A stretch of 60,853 nucleotides of DNA, counting the filler, from Sphacelaria rigidula (taxonomy: Eukaryota), in NCBI GenBank assembly GCA_964200075.2. It is 8 parts of 8 records of this genome, joined end to end, with 100 filler letters (N's around TTAATTAATTAA, not from the genome) between each part and the next. Parts side by side here need not be neighbours in the genome. Positions count along the whole stretch, not along the records: positions 7,621 to 15,140 come from CAXNAA020014536.1; positions 15,241 to 22,759 come from CAXNAA020014537.1; positions 22,860 to 30,378 come from CAXNAA020014538.1; 5 more parts are not named here. One strand, given 5' to 3'. The position numbers were made by a program, and so were the translations under genes. Numbering within the stretch: the first letter of the stretch is position 1; every line of letters begins with the position of its first letter. Below, piece after piece: positions 12,060 through 25,569 of this stretch. The notes under the pieces are model-generated. The model saw nothing but the letters and a program-made list of their open reading frames with translations. It was not told where the DNA came from and ran no database searches.

Positions 12060-12919
12060 CTGGCGATAGTTCAAACAAAAAATGTGCGGCGCAGGCGGGG
12101 AAAAGGGCGACGAATATCCGAACAACATGTAGATTTCCACGAGTGGATAAACGGACCGTTCGTCGGGGTCCGCAAACCACAAAGAGGGCACGGGGAATAT
12201 GGGGGGGGAGGAGGGGGGCAGATGTGGAAGCGCGGCTGGTATTGATCGTTCACCATCCAAACATACATACATCACACAGAACATAGAGTTGTCCTTCATG
12301 AAACTGCCAAGTGCGCAGCTCGCTATGTAGCTAATATACACCGCCATCGCAGAAGAAAAATGAAGAAAAAAAAAACGAGAGAGAGGAATGGTAGAGACCA
12401 TCAGAGTAGACAAAAAAAAAAGGAAGACAAGAGAAGGAAGAAGAAAGCAAGAAAGAAAACAGACAAGAATAGAAATGGCCAGCCTCTGCCACATGGCTGC
12501 ATGTTTCTGCAAAAAACAAATTTCGTGCAAGGAAAAGCTTCAACATGGCCATAATTTTAGACTGGGGCGCAACTCCCCCATGAGCGTACTCGAACCGGGC
12601 GGCAAAAGTTGAAAACCTTGCATGACTGTCTTCGAACCTGACGGCATGAATTGATACAAAAATAACAAAAAACGTGAGGACGGCATCCTCGTACAACTGG
12701 TTGAGGAAGCATCATGGACATTTGAAAGAAGACGCGTGTGACGTCGGCCATATGAAACGCCTTGGGCCATTGTGCTCTTTGTTATCGAAGAACCAACAGC
12801 TGGTGACAGGCTAGCCCAGAACATACGTCAGCACTGTAGCGCACTTGCAGTGTAAGGCTGCCGCATTCGATTTGCTAGCCCGAAAATACAGTAAAGCGTC
12901 CTACAGTGGCATCCGTCAC

Positions 12920-13240
12920 GCCGCAGCGGTTAAATTGGTACGGCTGACACTAGCTGGGCGGGAAAAACGTAGGTTTAAATCTCCCGCACACATATTGTTT
13001 TTTTCGTTTTTTTTTCCGAGAATTTTCTTATATTCGTCGTTGGAAACGTGAGAACGAGTATACGAAGTATATACTGTAGTAGAAAAAAAAAAACGACGAG
13101 AGGCGAAGCGGTGGGGGAGTGCTGGTCCAATCTGCGACATTTACCAGAATGCAAGGCGTCTACTGGGGGAGAAAAAAATGGGTGAATCCCTCGGGACCAC
13201 AAGATCGTCTCAAGCGGGCGGGACTAGTCCGAAGTGTGAT
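12920..13240 (+). mobile_element. tRNA-derived SINE family B copy in the PTP intron
   Basis: Degenerate A box and B box (aggtttaaatctccc); body tggaaacgtgagaac..gagtgctggtccaatc..aatgcaaggcgtctactggggga shared with 19490-19770. Confidence 0.6.
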
Positions 13241-13649
13241 GACAAAGAAACAGTAAGGAGGAACCCCATGCCTCCCTGAGCAGCCTCGACACAAATCACC
13301 TACTGACAGTCGACGGCCTCGACAAACTTGTTTTTTGTCAACGATCCGGACTCTGGTTCCCAAGTACTTACACAAACACCAGCACGTGGTAGGTGATACC
13401 CTACCAGTACATCGTCACAGTATTGATAACAGCTAGCGCCTAACGGGCACACACCGATTCTTGTGCCGTACTTGTCCTTCTCGAAAAGAGGACGGTGAAA
13501 AAATGCGAGAGAGTATCACCGACGACAAGGAATATCTTCCTGCAGAGAAAAAAACGTCAAAAAAATAAGCAGACGGAACCAAAGGAGCCAACATACGAGG
13601 CCCACTAAACATCGCGCCAAGACGTACACATGTACACGAGCATACATAC

Positions 13650-13799
13650 CTCCGGACCTCCATAGTAGGGATCCGGCACACTCTTGACATCCCCGCTGTT
13701 GCGGCAGTATGACGTCATTGTACGCATCTTTGAAGCCGCCAGATCTTCCTTGCCCCAGAATGATGCTGCCGTGGATATTGCCCTAGTATTTGCCGCATC
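13650..13799 (-). CDS. Low-molecular-weight protein tyrosine phosphatase, penultimate exon (gene 5'-partial)
   Basis: ctaacaag acceptor, GAG|GTATGT donor; 150 nt, DAANTRAI...MTSYCRNSGDVKSVPDPYYGGPE with the LMW-PTP DPYY general-acid loop. Confidence 0.9.
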
Positions 13800-15844
13800 C
13801 TTGTTAGGGACAAGGGATACACGTAGAACCGGGGGTCGGAGGGGCGGAGATACGAGGGAAACTATCGCTCGCTCGCTAGATGAACATTGCCAGCCTCAAG
13901 AGCCTTATTTATGGGCGGAAAACGACCAAGAAAAGCACAAAAAAAAGAGAAGCGGAAGCGCAACCATCGCATAAGAAATACAACAGATTCCAGTTCCTTG
14001 TTTTTGAAAGGAAGTACACAGCACCATGTATCAAGCTATGAATGGCAGAATCAATCGGACGCTATTGAAGCGAGACTGAAGGAGTTTCGTCCGGTTTTTC
14101 TCCAACATAATGACACCCATGCCGAGAAAAACAATCTAGAGCGAACATAAACGGTGGGGACGAACCGGATTCGCGTTACACCTCAGTATCTAAAATTCAT
14201 GTCCTGCCATCGAGTCATGTCTGAGTCATCATGATTCCTGTCTTGCTGTCTGATGACTGACTGACCGATTGGTTGATTGGTCGGTTGATTGACGCACGTT
14301 CAACAGATGCGTTACGAATGCAGTCACGGTTGCAAGATAGACTTGAGCAAAAGTGAATCGACGGAAACACCCGTAAAAAGTAGACTCGGGAAGAGCAAAA
14401 AAAAACACACATGGCGACGAGAAGAGAAGGAAAGAGTGACCTGAAAACCAACAAGGAGAAGGGAAAAAAAGAGAGGTTCGTGCGAGTACAGTAGGAGGTG
14501 TCGAAGCATTCTCAGAACAGCTTCCTCGCCCACTATCATGACCACTGAAATAAAACAAAATCTGTCCTATAGTAACGGTTGAGGTGAGCCGGATGCGGAT
14601 GAAAAAAATCGTGTACAACAGTAGTGCTCCGGCGTCCGAATAACAGCTACTCGCTCACCATTTTACTGTCCGAGACAGGTATTTTTTTAGCCCTTTCGGA
14701 GCAGTTTCTCCAATTGTTTATGGGGGGACATACCGTGACGTCTTGTAAGTTATACAGGTTTTTAGGCAAGCGATGCCTCCGACGACTTGCGTGGCCGCAG
14801 ATGGCATACAGATGCATCTAAAAATCAAAACAAAGTAGTCCATCTCCCGAAAATGTTCGACCATCGAACAGATCAGAATGTTGTCGCAGCAGCCAATTTT
14901 CACACAGACATGACCGTGAAACGTCTAGGCTCATGAACGGGTGTGCGCTAGAAAAAAACACGGGGGCACAGATGTGCCATCATGCCCAGAATTCTCAACA
15001 GCACTGGTTCTGCGCGTTGGTTCCCAGTCTCGGGTCTCAAACTAATCTCAACTGCGGATACCCGTTTTCGAGTATAGTAGTCAGCGTCAGAAGTTTTCAG
15101 AATTCGTAGTCGTCTTTTTTTCTGAGTTTTTCTGGAGTACNNNNNNNNNNNNNNNNNNNNNNNNNNNNNNNNNNNNNNNNNNNNTTAATTAATTAANNNN
15201 NNNNNNNNNNNNNNNNNNNNNNNNNNNNNNNNNNNNNNNNAGCAAGGCAGCTGACTCAATCCCAGCGGGGACCAAACCGTCTTCGGGAAGATCCGAACAC
15301 ACCACAGCGCAGTGACAGCTACAGCACATGAGAGGGGGCGTGAGCGTGTTTGTGCTGCAGCACGGTGAAACAGCACATGTCCCATGTCATAGTTCTTCCT
15401 CAATTTTTGCCAAGTGCCGCTTTTAAACACTCGACCGTGATCGCGCTTCGCACGAAAATATCTTAATTCATTTCAAGTTACCCCCATCTGTGGAAGGTGA
15501 GCCGTGTATAAGCCGTCGCTGTCTCAGGAAGTCGCGATACCAAACAATCGAGCAACTCATTGTAGGCTGTCATCCATTTCCAAGATAATCAGTAGGCTTC
15601 GGGCCGAAGAATCTTAGCAGTATGCAGCTCACCCTTCATGCTACTCGCCGCACACATCACGGCGCTTAGCGCTTGGTGATTTGAGTGCGAGCCTGGTCCG
15701 GCGAAAACCCATCATAATCCGTGTCGGCTTTGTAGGGATGCGAGGTCGATGGTTTTATGCCTATGGCATGCATGACTATGAGTACCCTCTCCCTCTCTCC
15801 CGGCCGCCGATGTCTCCCGTGTTTCTTCGTGCCATGGTAATCAG

Positions 15845-15943
15845 GCCGTTGCCGAAGTGAGGGCTGGAGATAAAACCCCGCTTTTGGATGCAGCAGGTTC
15901 AGCCGGATACTTCTTGTGGCGGTCTACTTACTTCGTGAAACAG
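15845..15943 (+). CDS. Type II (alternative) NADH dehydrogenase, penultimate exon (gene 5'-partial)
   Basis: aatcag acceptor, CAG|GTAAAT donor; 99 nt, AVAEVRAGDKTPLLDAAGSAGYFLWRSTYFVKQ with the NDH-2 LWRSxY motif. Confidence 0.9.
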
Positions 15944-17763
15944 GTAAATCATGGCCATTTTTGAGAGCATGCGGCTTGCAATGCCGCCTGAGCCCAGGTG
16001 TCATCCTTTTCTTGACAAGATTGGATATATATATGTGTGTTAGATTTGTGTGTTGATATGTAGTGGCGCAGTGATTACCATCGACTCAACAGTGTCAAGG
16101 TTGCAACATTAGCACGTTGTGTGTAGGTACCGCACCGGGGCTGATAAATTTTGAAGAAAAAAAATATAACTTTCACAGTATGGAGTATTTTGTCCGTTGC
16201 AATATACGCAATAGTCGATACTGTGCCCAGTACACTTTTTTGGCCTTGGAATGTATTGTCCAGGATGTGGTAGGTACCGGTATTTTTGTCGATATCCCTC
16301 GACCTGATACGATGGATGGTGCCTTGTTGGCTGCACCAGCACCGCAAGTTTGACGTTATCGGCTATAAAACACGATTCATAGGTCATCGTCCAAACGATA
16401 AGTGCCAAAGTACAATCAGGCGCCCGAACTACGCGATGAAGAGTATTCTCGCGAGGCCGGCGTAGCTCGATGACACCGTCGAAACCTACTGATATATCAC
16501 CCTAGATGCTCAATCTTTTGGCTTCCAGGGGGGTTTATCCGTTGAAGCGGCATCAATTTCACTTGAAATGATACCCAGATCGCCCCCCGTGGCGGTCAAA
16601 GGATCAAGAATGTCTCATCGGGGTTTTACTGTGCAGCTACTACGCCGGAGACGTTCTGAACCGTTCGACCGCAAAGGACTCTTGGCTTGTCCAATCGATA
16701 TGTCAATGAGAGTTGCCTTACGCTATTCCGTACGCAACGTTTCTCACGAAACAATGATCGCAGTGGTTCTAGTAGATATTTCTCGAGCGACCGACTGTGG
16801 CCGCTGGAGCAACAGCGCGGGTGGGTGCGAGGTCAAAGGATTCCGAGTATACCACCGTGGGGTGTTGGTCAAAATCGTCGGTACGATGTTCACCACCCCC
16901 CGGTGCGAAGAAAAATCTCGGGTGATGAGATTTTGACCATGTTCGGAAACACAGTTGTTTTCCCAAAGATATTGCATGTAGTCATACAAGGGCTATGTGT
17001 CACCCAAAATAATAACACTTGAGGGTGATGAAGTTCTTGAATTCTAAGACTCGGACCGTGCCTCTCACGGAACCTGCAAAAAAACAACATGGTGTGAAAA
17101 AATCATGTTGACCTCGCCCTGCCGCGAGGGTATTGCGGCATAGTCTCGCTAGAACGTAACGCCGCAACATTGAACCGGAGTGTGCTAAAGTAGTGTTCTC
17201 GTGCACGGTAGAGGTAGCATTTGCGAATAGTTTTCCGGGCAGCACCGTGCAATACAGCGTATCTCGCCGAAATTACGCGCGCCCTCCGGGGGCGTCAGGC
17301 GCACCGCAGGAAGCGATTGTACATCAACTTTTGTCAATATGGTGGAAGTGATGATATGACGATGCGCCGCTCGCTCATGTTTCTGTTCAAGCAGAGTTCG
17401 TTTCGATTACTGCAACCCAAATCCGTGAATGAATTTGCAAAAATTGTGTTTGCAAATTAGCTTTGTTTTTCGTTGTTGTTTTGTTTGGGGGTGGTGAAAT
17501 CGCAGCTACCAGTCTCAGGGTGTAAATCGCCAAACTGATTTTTTTTTTTCACAAGTGTCTTTTCGGAACCCCTCAGGGCAGGGTCTTACTCCCACCTGAA
17601 GGTCGAATAAACCGTCATGTCAAGTCCACGACGTGCGGTTAGGATACTCCGGGACATTTTTTTTTCAGCGGTCTGTACTTCTCGTGGTACGTCAGGGCTT
17701 CAGAACGTGTAATATTTCGTGCTCCCCAATGCGCTATCCCTCTCCTTCATTTTTGCTCTATAG

Positions 17764-17844
17764 GTCAGTCCCCGCAATCGCATCAATGTAGCGGTGGACT
17801 GGCTTAAGGTCAGAGTGTTCGGGCGGGATATCACGAGACTCTAA
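17764..17844 (+). CDS. Type II NADH dehydrogenase, terminal exon
   Basis: Pyrimidine tract plus ctatag acceptor; VSPRNRINVAVDWLKVRVFGRDITRL then TAA, matching the NDH-2 C-terminus SxRNRxxVxxDWxxxxxFGRD. Confidence 0.92.
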   Translation, partial: VSPRNRINVAVDWLKVRVFGRDITRL

Positions 17845-18764
17845 GCCGGATTACTGCGGCGTGGCATCCAGGATGGAGGGCGTACTCCTCCAGCAGCTGG
17901 AAGGCGTTTTCCCACCTTCGCACTGGTCAACTTGATATTGCTCAACTCCCCCCCCCCCCTCCCCCGGCGTCGACCATTCGCTTGTAGTTTGTTGCGTTAA
18001 CAAGTGGACAACGAAACAAGCAGACGGATCACACAACAGCAGTTGAGTGGATGCGTGGTCATCGGTTAGCCAAGCTGGGTGGCAGATGAACAGGGATAGT
18101 CCAACACAGTGGAAGATATAGAGCCTTTTTCTTCGATTACGTAGAAGATCGATCGACCGGATGCCCCCCGCTCTACCCCCTCCCGTAGTCAACCGGTGTC
18201 GTGTGTTTCCGAGTGAAGTCGTGTAATAGATTGGGGATATGACAAACGTCGGGGGGAGGGGGGGAGATCGCCGGTTGGCCCCGTCTAGATTCACGTGTGC
18301 GATAAGTTTCCCCGAGTTGCAGTGTCTTCGCGGTTTGTTGTCTCGTCGCAAAATGGAGGATATGCTGATATTGAAACGCTCTTGAGTATACCGCAGCTTG
18401 CAGGTGACCCGGGTTCAAGATTTGTTTTACATCATGTTGAGCTTGAGACTGGTGGTGAGCTGTTGTGAAATCAGGATGATCGAGTCACTGTACCCCTGCG
18501 ATTTCAGCAAGTTTATTCATGAGTAATGAGAGGTGTAGATGTGCAGACTCGCATATGCTCTGGTGTGAGCCAGGTGAGCTAAGCCATTCCTTTTGTGGAT
18601 CAACGTGCAACTCAGCAGAGTCGCTGCCTGTTAATATTCGAGCTTGTTTTGTCTCTTGCTTTTATTTTTATTTTACGTCTTGGTCTACTATGTCATTCTC
18701 TTCGACTTTTCCCTGCTCCTTCGTTTTCTTGAACGAGTGTTTTTGTTTGGCTGTTCTTGGGTAC

Positions 18765-18848
18765 GTCTATCTTGCGACCACGGCTGGACCCATGGGTGGT
18801 CAGTTCAAGTGCGACAATCAAATCAAATCAAATCAAATCAAATCAAGT
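18765..18848 (+). repeat. Retroposon-like 3' end with (CAAAT/CAAT)n tail
   Basis: accacggctggacccatgggtggtcagttcaagtgcgacaatcaaatc; related copies at about 35817-35875, 58150-58212, 53783-53810 and inverted at 30245-30280. Confidence 0.6.
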
Positions 18849-19489
18849 CCAATAAAAAAAATCGTGACGGTTGTGCTCTGGGTGTGTTCACAGCTTGTGC
18901 GTTCTTCGTGTTTTCACTTGTGTATAGAACCCCCCCCCCCCCGTTTCTTTTTCCAGAAGAGGTTTTGCTAAATGCAGTCAGTCCCCAAGAGCTCAATTCC
19001 CTGAGCATACCCCTCCTCCCCCTGACAAAGAGTCAAACGAGACAATCACAAAACACACACGTAGACCTTGCTTGCTCTTGTTTGGCCATGGTATGACCTT
19101 AACACCCAGAAGTCTTCGGCTCGAGTGCCTCGCGGACTTTACTTTCCTTGATATCATGTGTGTTCGGGCCAACTTGCATCGGTACGCAAACGCCCTCTTC
19201 ATGTCCACCCCACGCCTACCTAGGACGTACGTCTTGTTTTGAAGACGTCAATATATGTATCACAAATCAGAATATGTGTTGGTGCCTACACGGGGTGCGA
19301 AGGTGCGTGTGTTTTGCGGTAGTGCGCCGGCACTTCCCCAAGTCCTGGTGGTCTTACGCTGATTTACGTCGTTGCGGCAAGGAGAGTTGCGGCGCTGTCG
19401 TTAGAAAAAGAGAAGTTTTCAGACATCAACCTATCCATTTCATTGGCCAACTAACGCTTGCTATTCTCGCCAGCGTGCGGTCAAAGGAC

Positions 19490-19770
19490 GATTATTCTTT
19501 CCTGGGTCGATCTGGTGGGCTCATGTGCAGGAGAAAACGAGGGTTCGACTCCCGATGCGTTGAGTTTGTATCTCCGTGATATCTGATTTCTACCGTGGAA
19601 AGCGTGAGAACGTGAGTAAACAAAGTAGTCGACTGAGTTTGTTTGACGAGAGTTAACGCGGTGCGGGAGTGCTGACCCAATCCGCGAGATCAAAATGCAA
19701 GGCGTGTACCGGGGGAGAGATGGGCTGATCCCTTGAGACTGTTAGACCATGGACTCGTTCCGAGGAAGGG
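19490..19770 (+). mobile_element. tRNA-derived SINE family B
   Basis: A-box-like ggtcgatctggtgg and B box gggttcgactccc, followed by a body shared with 12920-13240. Confidence 0.65.
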
Positions 19771-20991
19771 GAGGGGTTCAAAGTGCGACAAAAATAATAA
19801 ATATAATAAATAGTACACATGGACACGACCCGCGGGTGATATATGCCCGTTCTCAATAGTTGGCCGGGATGGTAAGGGAACGCTTCTGCTAGGTCCGTGG
19901 TAGGCTGCGCGTGCCGAGTGAGAGTGGGTAAGATGGGGTCATTATTTTTGTGTCTAGTTGTCAGTAAGTGTCCCCGCCCCCCCGGTGCTCCGTCTCGAAA
20001 GGGATGCGTGGTCAATGGTCGAATGACTAAGGCAAGCAACAAATGAGTACGCCCTGTGTGTGCGGTGAGGGGTGGGAGACAGAGAGAGGGGGGGGGCAAG
20101 GGTTCTCTTGCGTGTTGTGTAATGCGCTCATTCCGTTGTGATGAGTGTAGTAGGTGCATTTCGTGTGTAGTTGCTCGGCGTTGGTGTTCGGTACCTGCCT
20201 TCGTCTGCAGAGCTTGATCGAGTACTATTGCGTGACGATGGTTGAACGTGAAGTTTCAGTGTTTGGTTTTGGTAACATGGTTGTCGCGCAACTTGAACCG
20301 GTGTGGCGAAGAGGAATTGGAACAGAGGGTGGATGTAGGCAGCAATATTCCAGAGGCAAAAAAACGGAAAACACGATCCATTCGAGTGTATGTGAAATAT
20401 GTCTCGCTCGTCAACAGGACGCGGTCTAGTGATTGTAGGGACGCCAGAAGACGAGGAAAGGGACGGGTAACCAGCGCATGTATGCCGTAACGCGCAGCCC
20501 GCGGCAAAACGGGCATTTTCATTTGTCAAGAGGGTGTATGTCGAAACCACACACCCCGCGAAGCCTTCCAAGTCTACATTTGTGAACAACAGACTGAACT
20601 ACACGCTGCCGCGGGTAGCGGTATTCGAGGATACACGTCGCTGTATTAGAGAGGATAGACGGTGGCTTCAGAAGGCGAGGGGTGCTGCAGACTGGAGGGG
20701 AAAATCCTCCTGAGTGATTTATTACACCTTGTCATGGTAGTGTACGAAGTTGTGGGTCTTGGAATGTATCGTTTTGGTGACAACACTTGGTCTTCGACAA
20801 TACGGTAGTACTCATGAATCGATCTACTAGCCAAACATGCAAAGAAGCAATCGAGCACACACCCGAATCATCCATGGCACCATGTCGACTCTTGGGTGTG
20901 AAAATTAGCTTATGGTATTTGCGTTCATGGCACCGTACCTCGACACGTGTGTACATCGCATTAGTTGGGTGCTCCTAGCCACACCTGCTTA

Positions 20992-21468
20992 GGCCGGATG
21001 TTATGGCACACAGGTTTTTGGCACACAAATTGTTTACGTTTGGGACATTTGAGCCACTTTTTGACCCCCAAATGAGGAAAATCGCCAACGCACGTCTTGG
21101 ACACTTTACATCACCCCACAGATAGGAGCCTAGTATGCTTTTCAGATTCACTTGGCTCCAAGGTTTCGAGAGTGGCCGCTGAAGAAAAAATATTGTGCAA
21201 TAAAATTTAACGTGACCTCTACAGATTATTATTGGGCAAACTAGCGGGGGTCGGCAAGCACAGATTCTTGCGCACGAATTTTTGTTCAGCGGCCAATCTC
21301 GAAATCTCGGAATCAAGCGATCCTGAAAAGCAGACTAGGCTCCTCTCTGTGGGGTGTGTCCGAGACGTGAGTTGGCGATTTTCCGTGTTTGGGGGTCAAA
21401 AAGTGCGTCAAACGTCCCAAACATGAACAATCCGTGGGCCAAAAATCTGTTTGCCACAACATCCGGTC
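20992..21468. mobile_element. MITE with long TIRs (PIF/Harbinger-like)
   Basis: tta|GGCCGGATGTTATGGCAC ... GCCACAACATCCGGTC; inverted arms of about 190 bp; same family as 31264-31739. Confidence 0.8.
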
Positions 21469-22399
21469 TTCGTAACGGAAACAAATTACCCAAAATTGCG
21501 TTTGTTTTCCGAACTATTTCGGCACAAACATCGAAACTCCAAATAAAGGCAAATTGAACCCCATCGCGATGTTGAACCCAAAAATCGAAGAGGCCTTATT
21601 CCGTCGACATTTCAAAGTGGTATTCATCTTATCAGCGATATTTACAGAAACAGATACATGTATTCAAATACAGTGCCCAAGAGTTGATGTATCGATCTAT
21701 CGATACCCACCGACCAGAGAAATCAATCGGTCGTGCTCATGTATGTGATGATACATCACCTGGTAGTGTTCTGTCATCACCCCCCATCCCATTTACTGTG
21801 AATTTCAGAGGGGGGCGAACCGAAAAGTTCCCGAACTCTGCCCTGGTGTACGAGCTGGGTCAGCCTAAAAACGGATTTAAGCTCTAAAAGCAATAATATC
21901 TCTTCGACGCAGACGAGTTGGGCCGTGATCCGCATATCGTATTAATCGTCTAATCAAGGGGAAGGTGCGCATCTGCTCAATAGTTTGGGAACATATTTTC
22001 TCATTGATTAAACCCCATGTCTAGTAGTTCCTATACCTAAGGGAGATAGCGCCAATACCTTGCCAATACTAAAATCTTCATGAAGCTCCCGATCGATGCA
22101 TTTAGCGGATGGCGACGAATTTTGGTGTGGAGAACCACAAAAGAGTGCGGAATAAGAAAGAAAAATGGGCCTTCATTTTTTTTTAGTAGTTTTTTAGAGG
22201 TTAGTTAGGGCGTTTTTTGTGAAAAAATGGTCTTCACCATACATAGTAGAACGCCCTAAACCAGTGAAAAAAAATGAAAAAAATCAACCTGACCAATTTT
22301 CGCTCGTTGAATATGCCTTAGAGAGCGCCCATACCAAACTTCAATACGCGAAAAGTAAACGTGGGCCGGTGAGTGGCCTGCAAAATACTGCTCCGAATT

Positions 22400-23700
22400 T
22401 CTACCGACCCGGTGTTTGATAGGCCCATGCTCTTTTATACATGACACTTTCTACGATAGCCCCCCCCAAAAGAAATGCATGGTTTTGGGAGGCAAAATCT
22501 TCACGTAAATCGAAATAGGAAAAGCCGATCACAACGAGAGTCTGAAAAATTCCCACGCTTAGGCTCTTTCTAGCCAATGTCGCCAGTATGAGGCGCTTCA
22601 TGCAGCCTGAATCCGAACACCAGGCGCTGTATGGCCGTTTTTTTGGTGTCACTTTTAGCTGGTGTTGGGGGGGGGGGGGGGGGGGGACTATTTTTTTTCT
22701 TTCTTTTTTCTTTTTGCCATTTGCCCCCCACCCCTCTTGGGAGGGGACAAGGGGGGGGGNNNNNNNNNNNNNNNNNNNNNNNNNNNNNNNNNNNNNNNNN
22801 NNNTTAATTAATTAANNNNNNNNNNNNNNNNNNNNNNNNNNNNNNNNNNNNNNNNNNNNCAGTCAATGTAACGAAACCTGCATGTCTCTCCGGTACCAGT
22901 GACGCTCTCAGCGGTTTGACCCCCCTTTGGTGCCAGTGACTACCACTCTTTATTTTCACTTGAAAGAGACCTGAAAATGATTCCAATTCAACAAGAGGAG
23001 GCCAACCCAATCTTTGATAGATCCAACCCCAACCGTAGCCCGCCGATGAAGGCAGATGGTGAACACTCGGGCACCGAACACTTTCTACAATAGCTTTCCC
23101 CCCCTCCCCCAAACCAGCCTAAACCTTTCACGAAAAAAAGGGTCATACAGCGCCTGATGCTTAGTTTAAGGCTGCATGAAGCGCTTTATATGGGCGGCAT
23201 TGGCGAAAACGAACCCAAGAGTGACATTTCCCAGCCGCTCGTTGTGCTCTGCTCATCGAATTTTCAAGTGAAAATGATGCCGGTTACACAAATCAGCTGC
23301 TCGTTGTGCTCGGCTTCTTTCATTTCAATCCACGTGTAGATTTTACCCCTCCAAACCAGCCACTTTGGCGGGGGGGAGCTATCGCAGAAAGTGTCACGGA
23401 GACTATTCTATGGCTCTCGTAGTCACAGGGTGCTTGGTCCTACTTATTAGCCAATCCCAACCCTTCAATCGCCGGAGGTCTTCATTTATGGAATCGGCCT
23501 GATTCTCATACATTTTTCACGTCAAAATGATGCCGATTCCACGAATCAGCTGCTCGAGGTGCTCGGCTTCTTTCATCTCGATTTACGTGTAGATTTTGCC
23601 TGTCCAAACCAGCCACTTTTCGGGAGGGGGACTATCGCAGCAAACGTCACTCGGGGAGCCCCATCATTGAACAAACTTGTGGAATTGGCATCATTTTCAG
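22400..23700. repeat. Dispersed repeat family with internal partial duplications (copies on both sides of a linker)
   Basis: ggtcatacagcgc.tgatg..aggctgcatgaagcgc..cagctgctcg.tgtgctcggcttcttt..cacgtgtagatttt; further copies at about 30565-30790 and 47210-47320. Confidence 0.65.
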
Positions 23701-24049
23701 GCCCTCTACACACGAAACAACCCATTAGGGGTAGTGATTAACCCTTGGACAGCAGGAGTAGGTCATTTGTTGACTCGGCATCAACTTTAACTGGGAGAAG
23801 AATACATGATCCATTGCCTATAATCTCACGTGTGAAACTTCCGAAACACACATAGTCGACTTTGTGAGCTTTTCGGCTCTTTATTACGCGAGTAGTCCCC
23901 CACCATCTGTCCAACCCCCTCCCCCGCCATCGCCGCCGCCCTGACGCCACCCTCGGATGTCCCTGCACTGTGAGCTTGCGAAATTGTTTCGAGGCGACGC
24001 TCGCTGTCGTAGGGTTGAGACCACCGTTTATGGCAGTCACCGATCTCGA

Positions 24050-24830
24050 TATTTACGCAGATCGGGGGGAAAATTCGGAGGACGCATTTTGCAAACCTCG
24101 ATTTGGGAAGAAAAAATCATGGTGTCACGATTTCAGAACCATTTCCTCCGATTATCATCGGGGGAAATCTGAGGTCCACTCCATTTCGAGGAGGTGAAGT
24201 ACGTGCACTGACCTATAGCGGTAGAATGCGGGGCGTTTGATATATTTGCAATCGCAGCAGAAAATAGTTTCGTGACAGGGCGTGCCTGCCCGCGCCAGCT
24301 GCTGCAGCAGCTTCACGGGGTTTGACGAGTGAAAAATAAGTATTGGCGCCGCACCCTGTGACGATGGCAATATCTTATGCTGCACGGCGCTGCCACATGT
24401 ATCACTATATACCGAACGGTGCTGTACTCTCCTAGTCTGTTGTCGCTGTAGTTGCAGGGTGATGTTTCGCACTGAACTACTGAACTTTACTCGCGCACTG
24501 ATTGTTCACTGTTTTCGCAACACGGACTGTACCATTACGGACTACCACACGGCATTATCATGTACTGTAATAATGGAGTGTCCTGCACTGTATTACCCTA
24601 GGCTACCATGGTACGACACTGTACTTGGAAGGGTACTCACGCGCCTGCCTGCTGTTCGGCTTCATGCACTAGTACGCAAACCACTCTCGTGTAGAAAATG
24701 ATTGTCTGTGTACAAAACCTATTTCACAAATCTGTGATACCATGAAGCGGTCCCCCCGAATTTGAGTTGGCGAATTCGAGTCCCTGTCTCACAAAACCGA
24801 GATTCGTTGCCACAAAAGATGGTCAATGAG
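24050..24830 (+). mobile_element. Non-autonomous element of about 780 bp, copy 1
   Basis: Colinear with 25570-26340 (gccagctgctgcagcagcttc..tcactataccgaacggtgctgtactctcctagtc..gattcgttgcca); partial third copy at about 38740-39120. Confidence 0.8.
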
Positions 24831-25569
24831 CCCAAATATTGATAGATGGCGCATCATGGAATATATGCAACATCGGTAGAGTCCGATATGGGCAGGGGGT
24901 GCATGGTAACGCAGCGGACGAGAAAATAGCCGTCCCCGGGAGTGGCTACTACCGTGAATTTTGGGGTGATATTCGCATTTTTCGCCTATATAGCATATGG
25001 CAATTCTTCTGCATGATGCCTACAGATTTTTTATACACTCGACATGTAAAAAGGTGAAGAAAAAACACCTGACGGGGTTAAATGCGCGCATCTCCTCCCC
25101 CCCCCGAATATGATCACGCGGGCACTCGTGCGTATATCTACCGTTTTGACCTGTTACACACGAACTGCGACGCGACTGAACACACGAGCGCATCGATCAA
25201 ACACGGGAACAATAAAGTGCTTATTCACGATCGATCGTCGTTTCTCCCTCCCCGAGGATGAAACCGTTTTTGAATCCCACCCCAAGCATGATTGGGGGTG
25301 GTACCTACCGTTTCGGCTAGTTACGTACGAGCTGGGCCAGCTGAAACGTACAAACGCACATCACACAACAACTTCCCAGGTTTCCTTAATCAGCCTGATT
25401 TGAGAGTATCGCTGTGAGCTGCAGACCAAGACAAAGGCTGGGCTGAGGCGACAGGATTACCTTAGTTTAGCCCATTGCTTCGCTAGTTCTTTTTTATACG
25501 AAATTCCTTTTTTTGCTTCACTACTTTTTTACAGGGTGTTATGATAGACCATCTATCTATTATGCCAAT

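Noticed and set aside
11982-17844. Overlapping or nested PTP and NDH-2 genes
   Set aside because: They lie on different contigs separated by an artificial linker.
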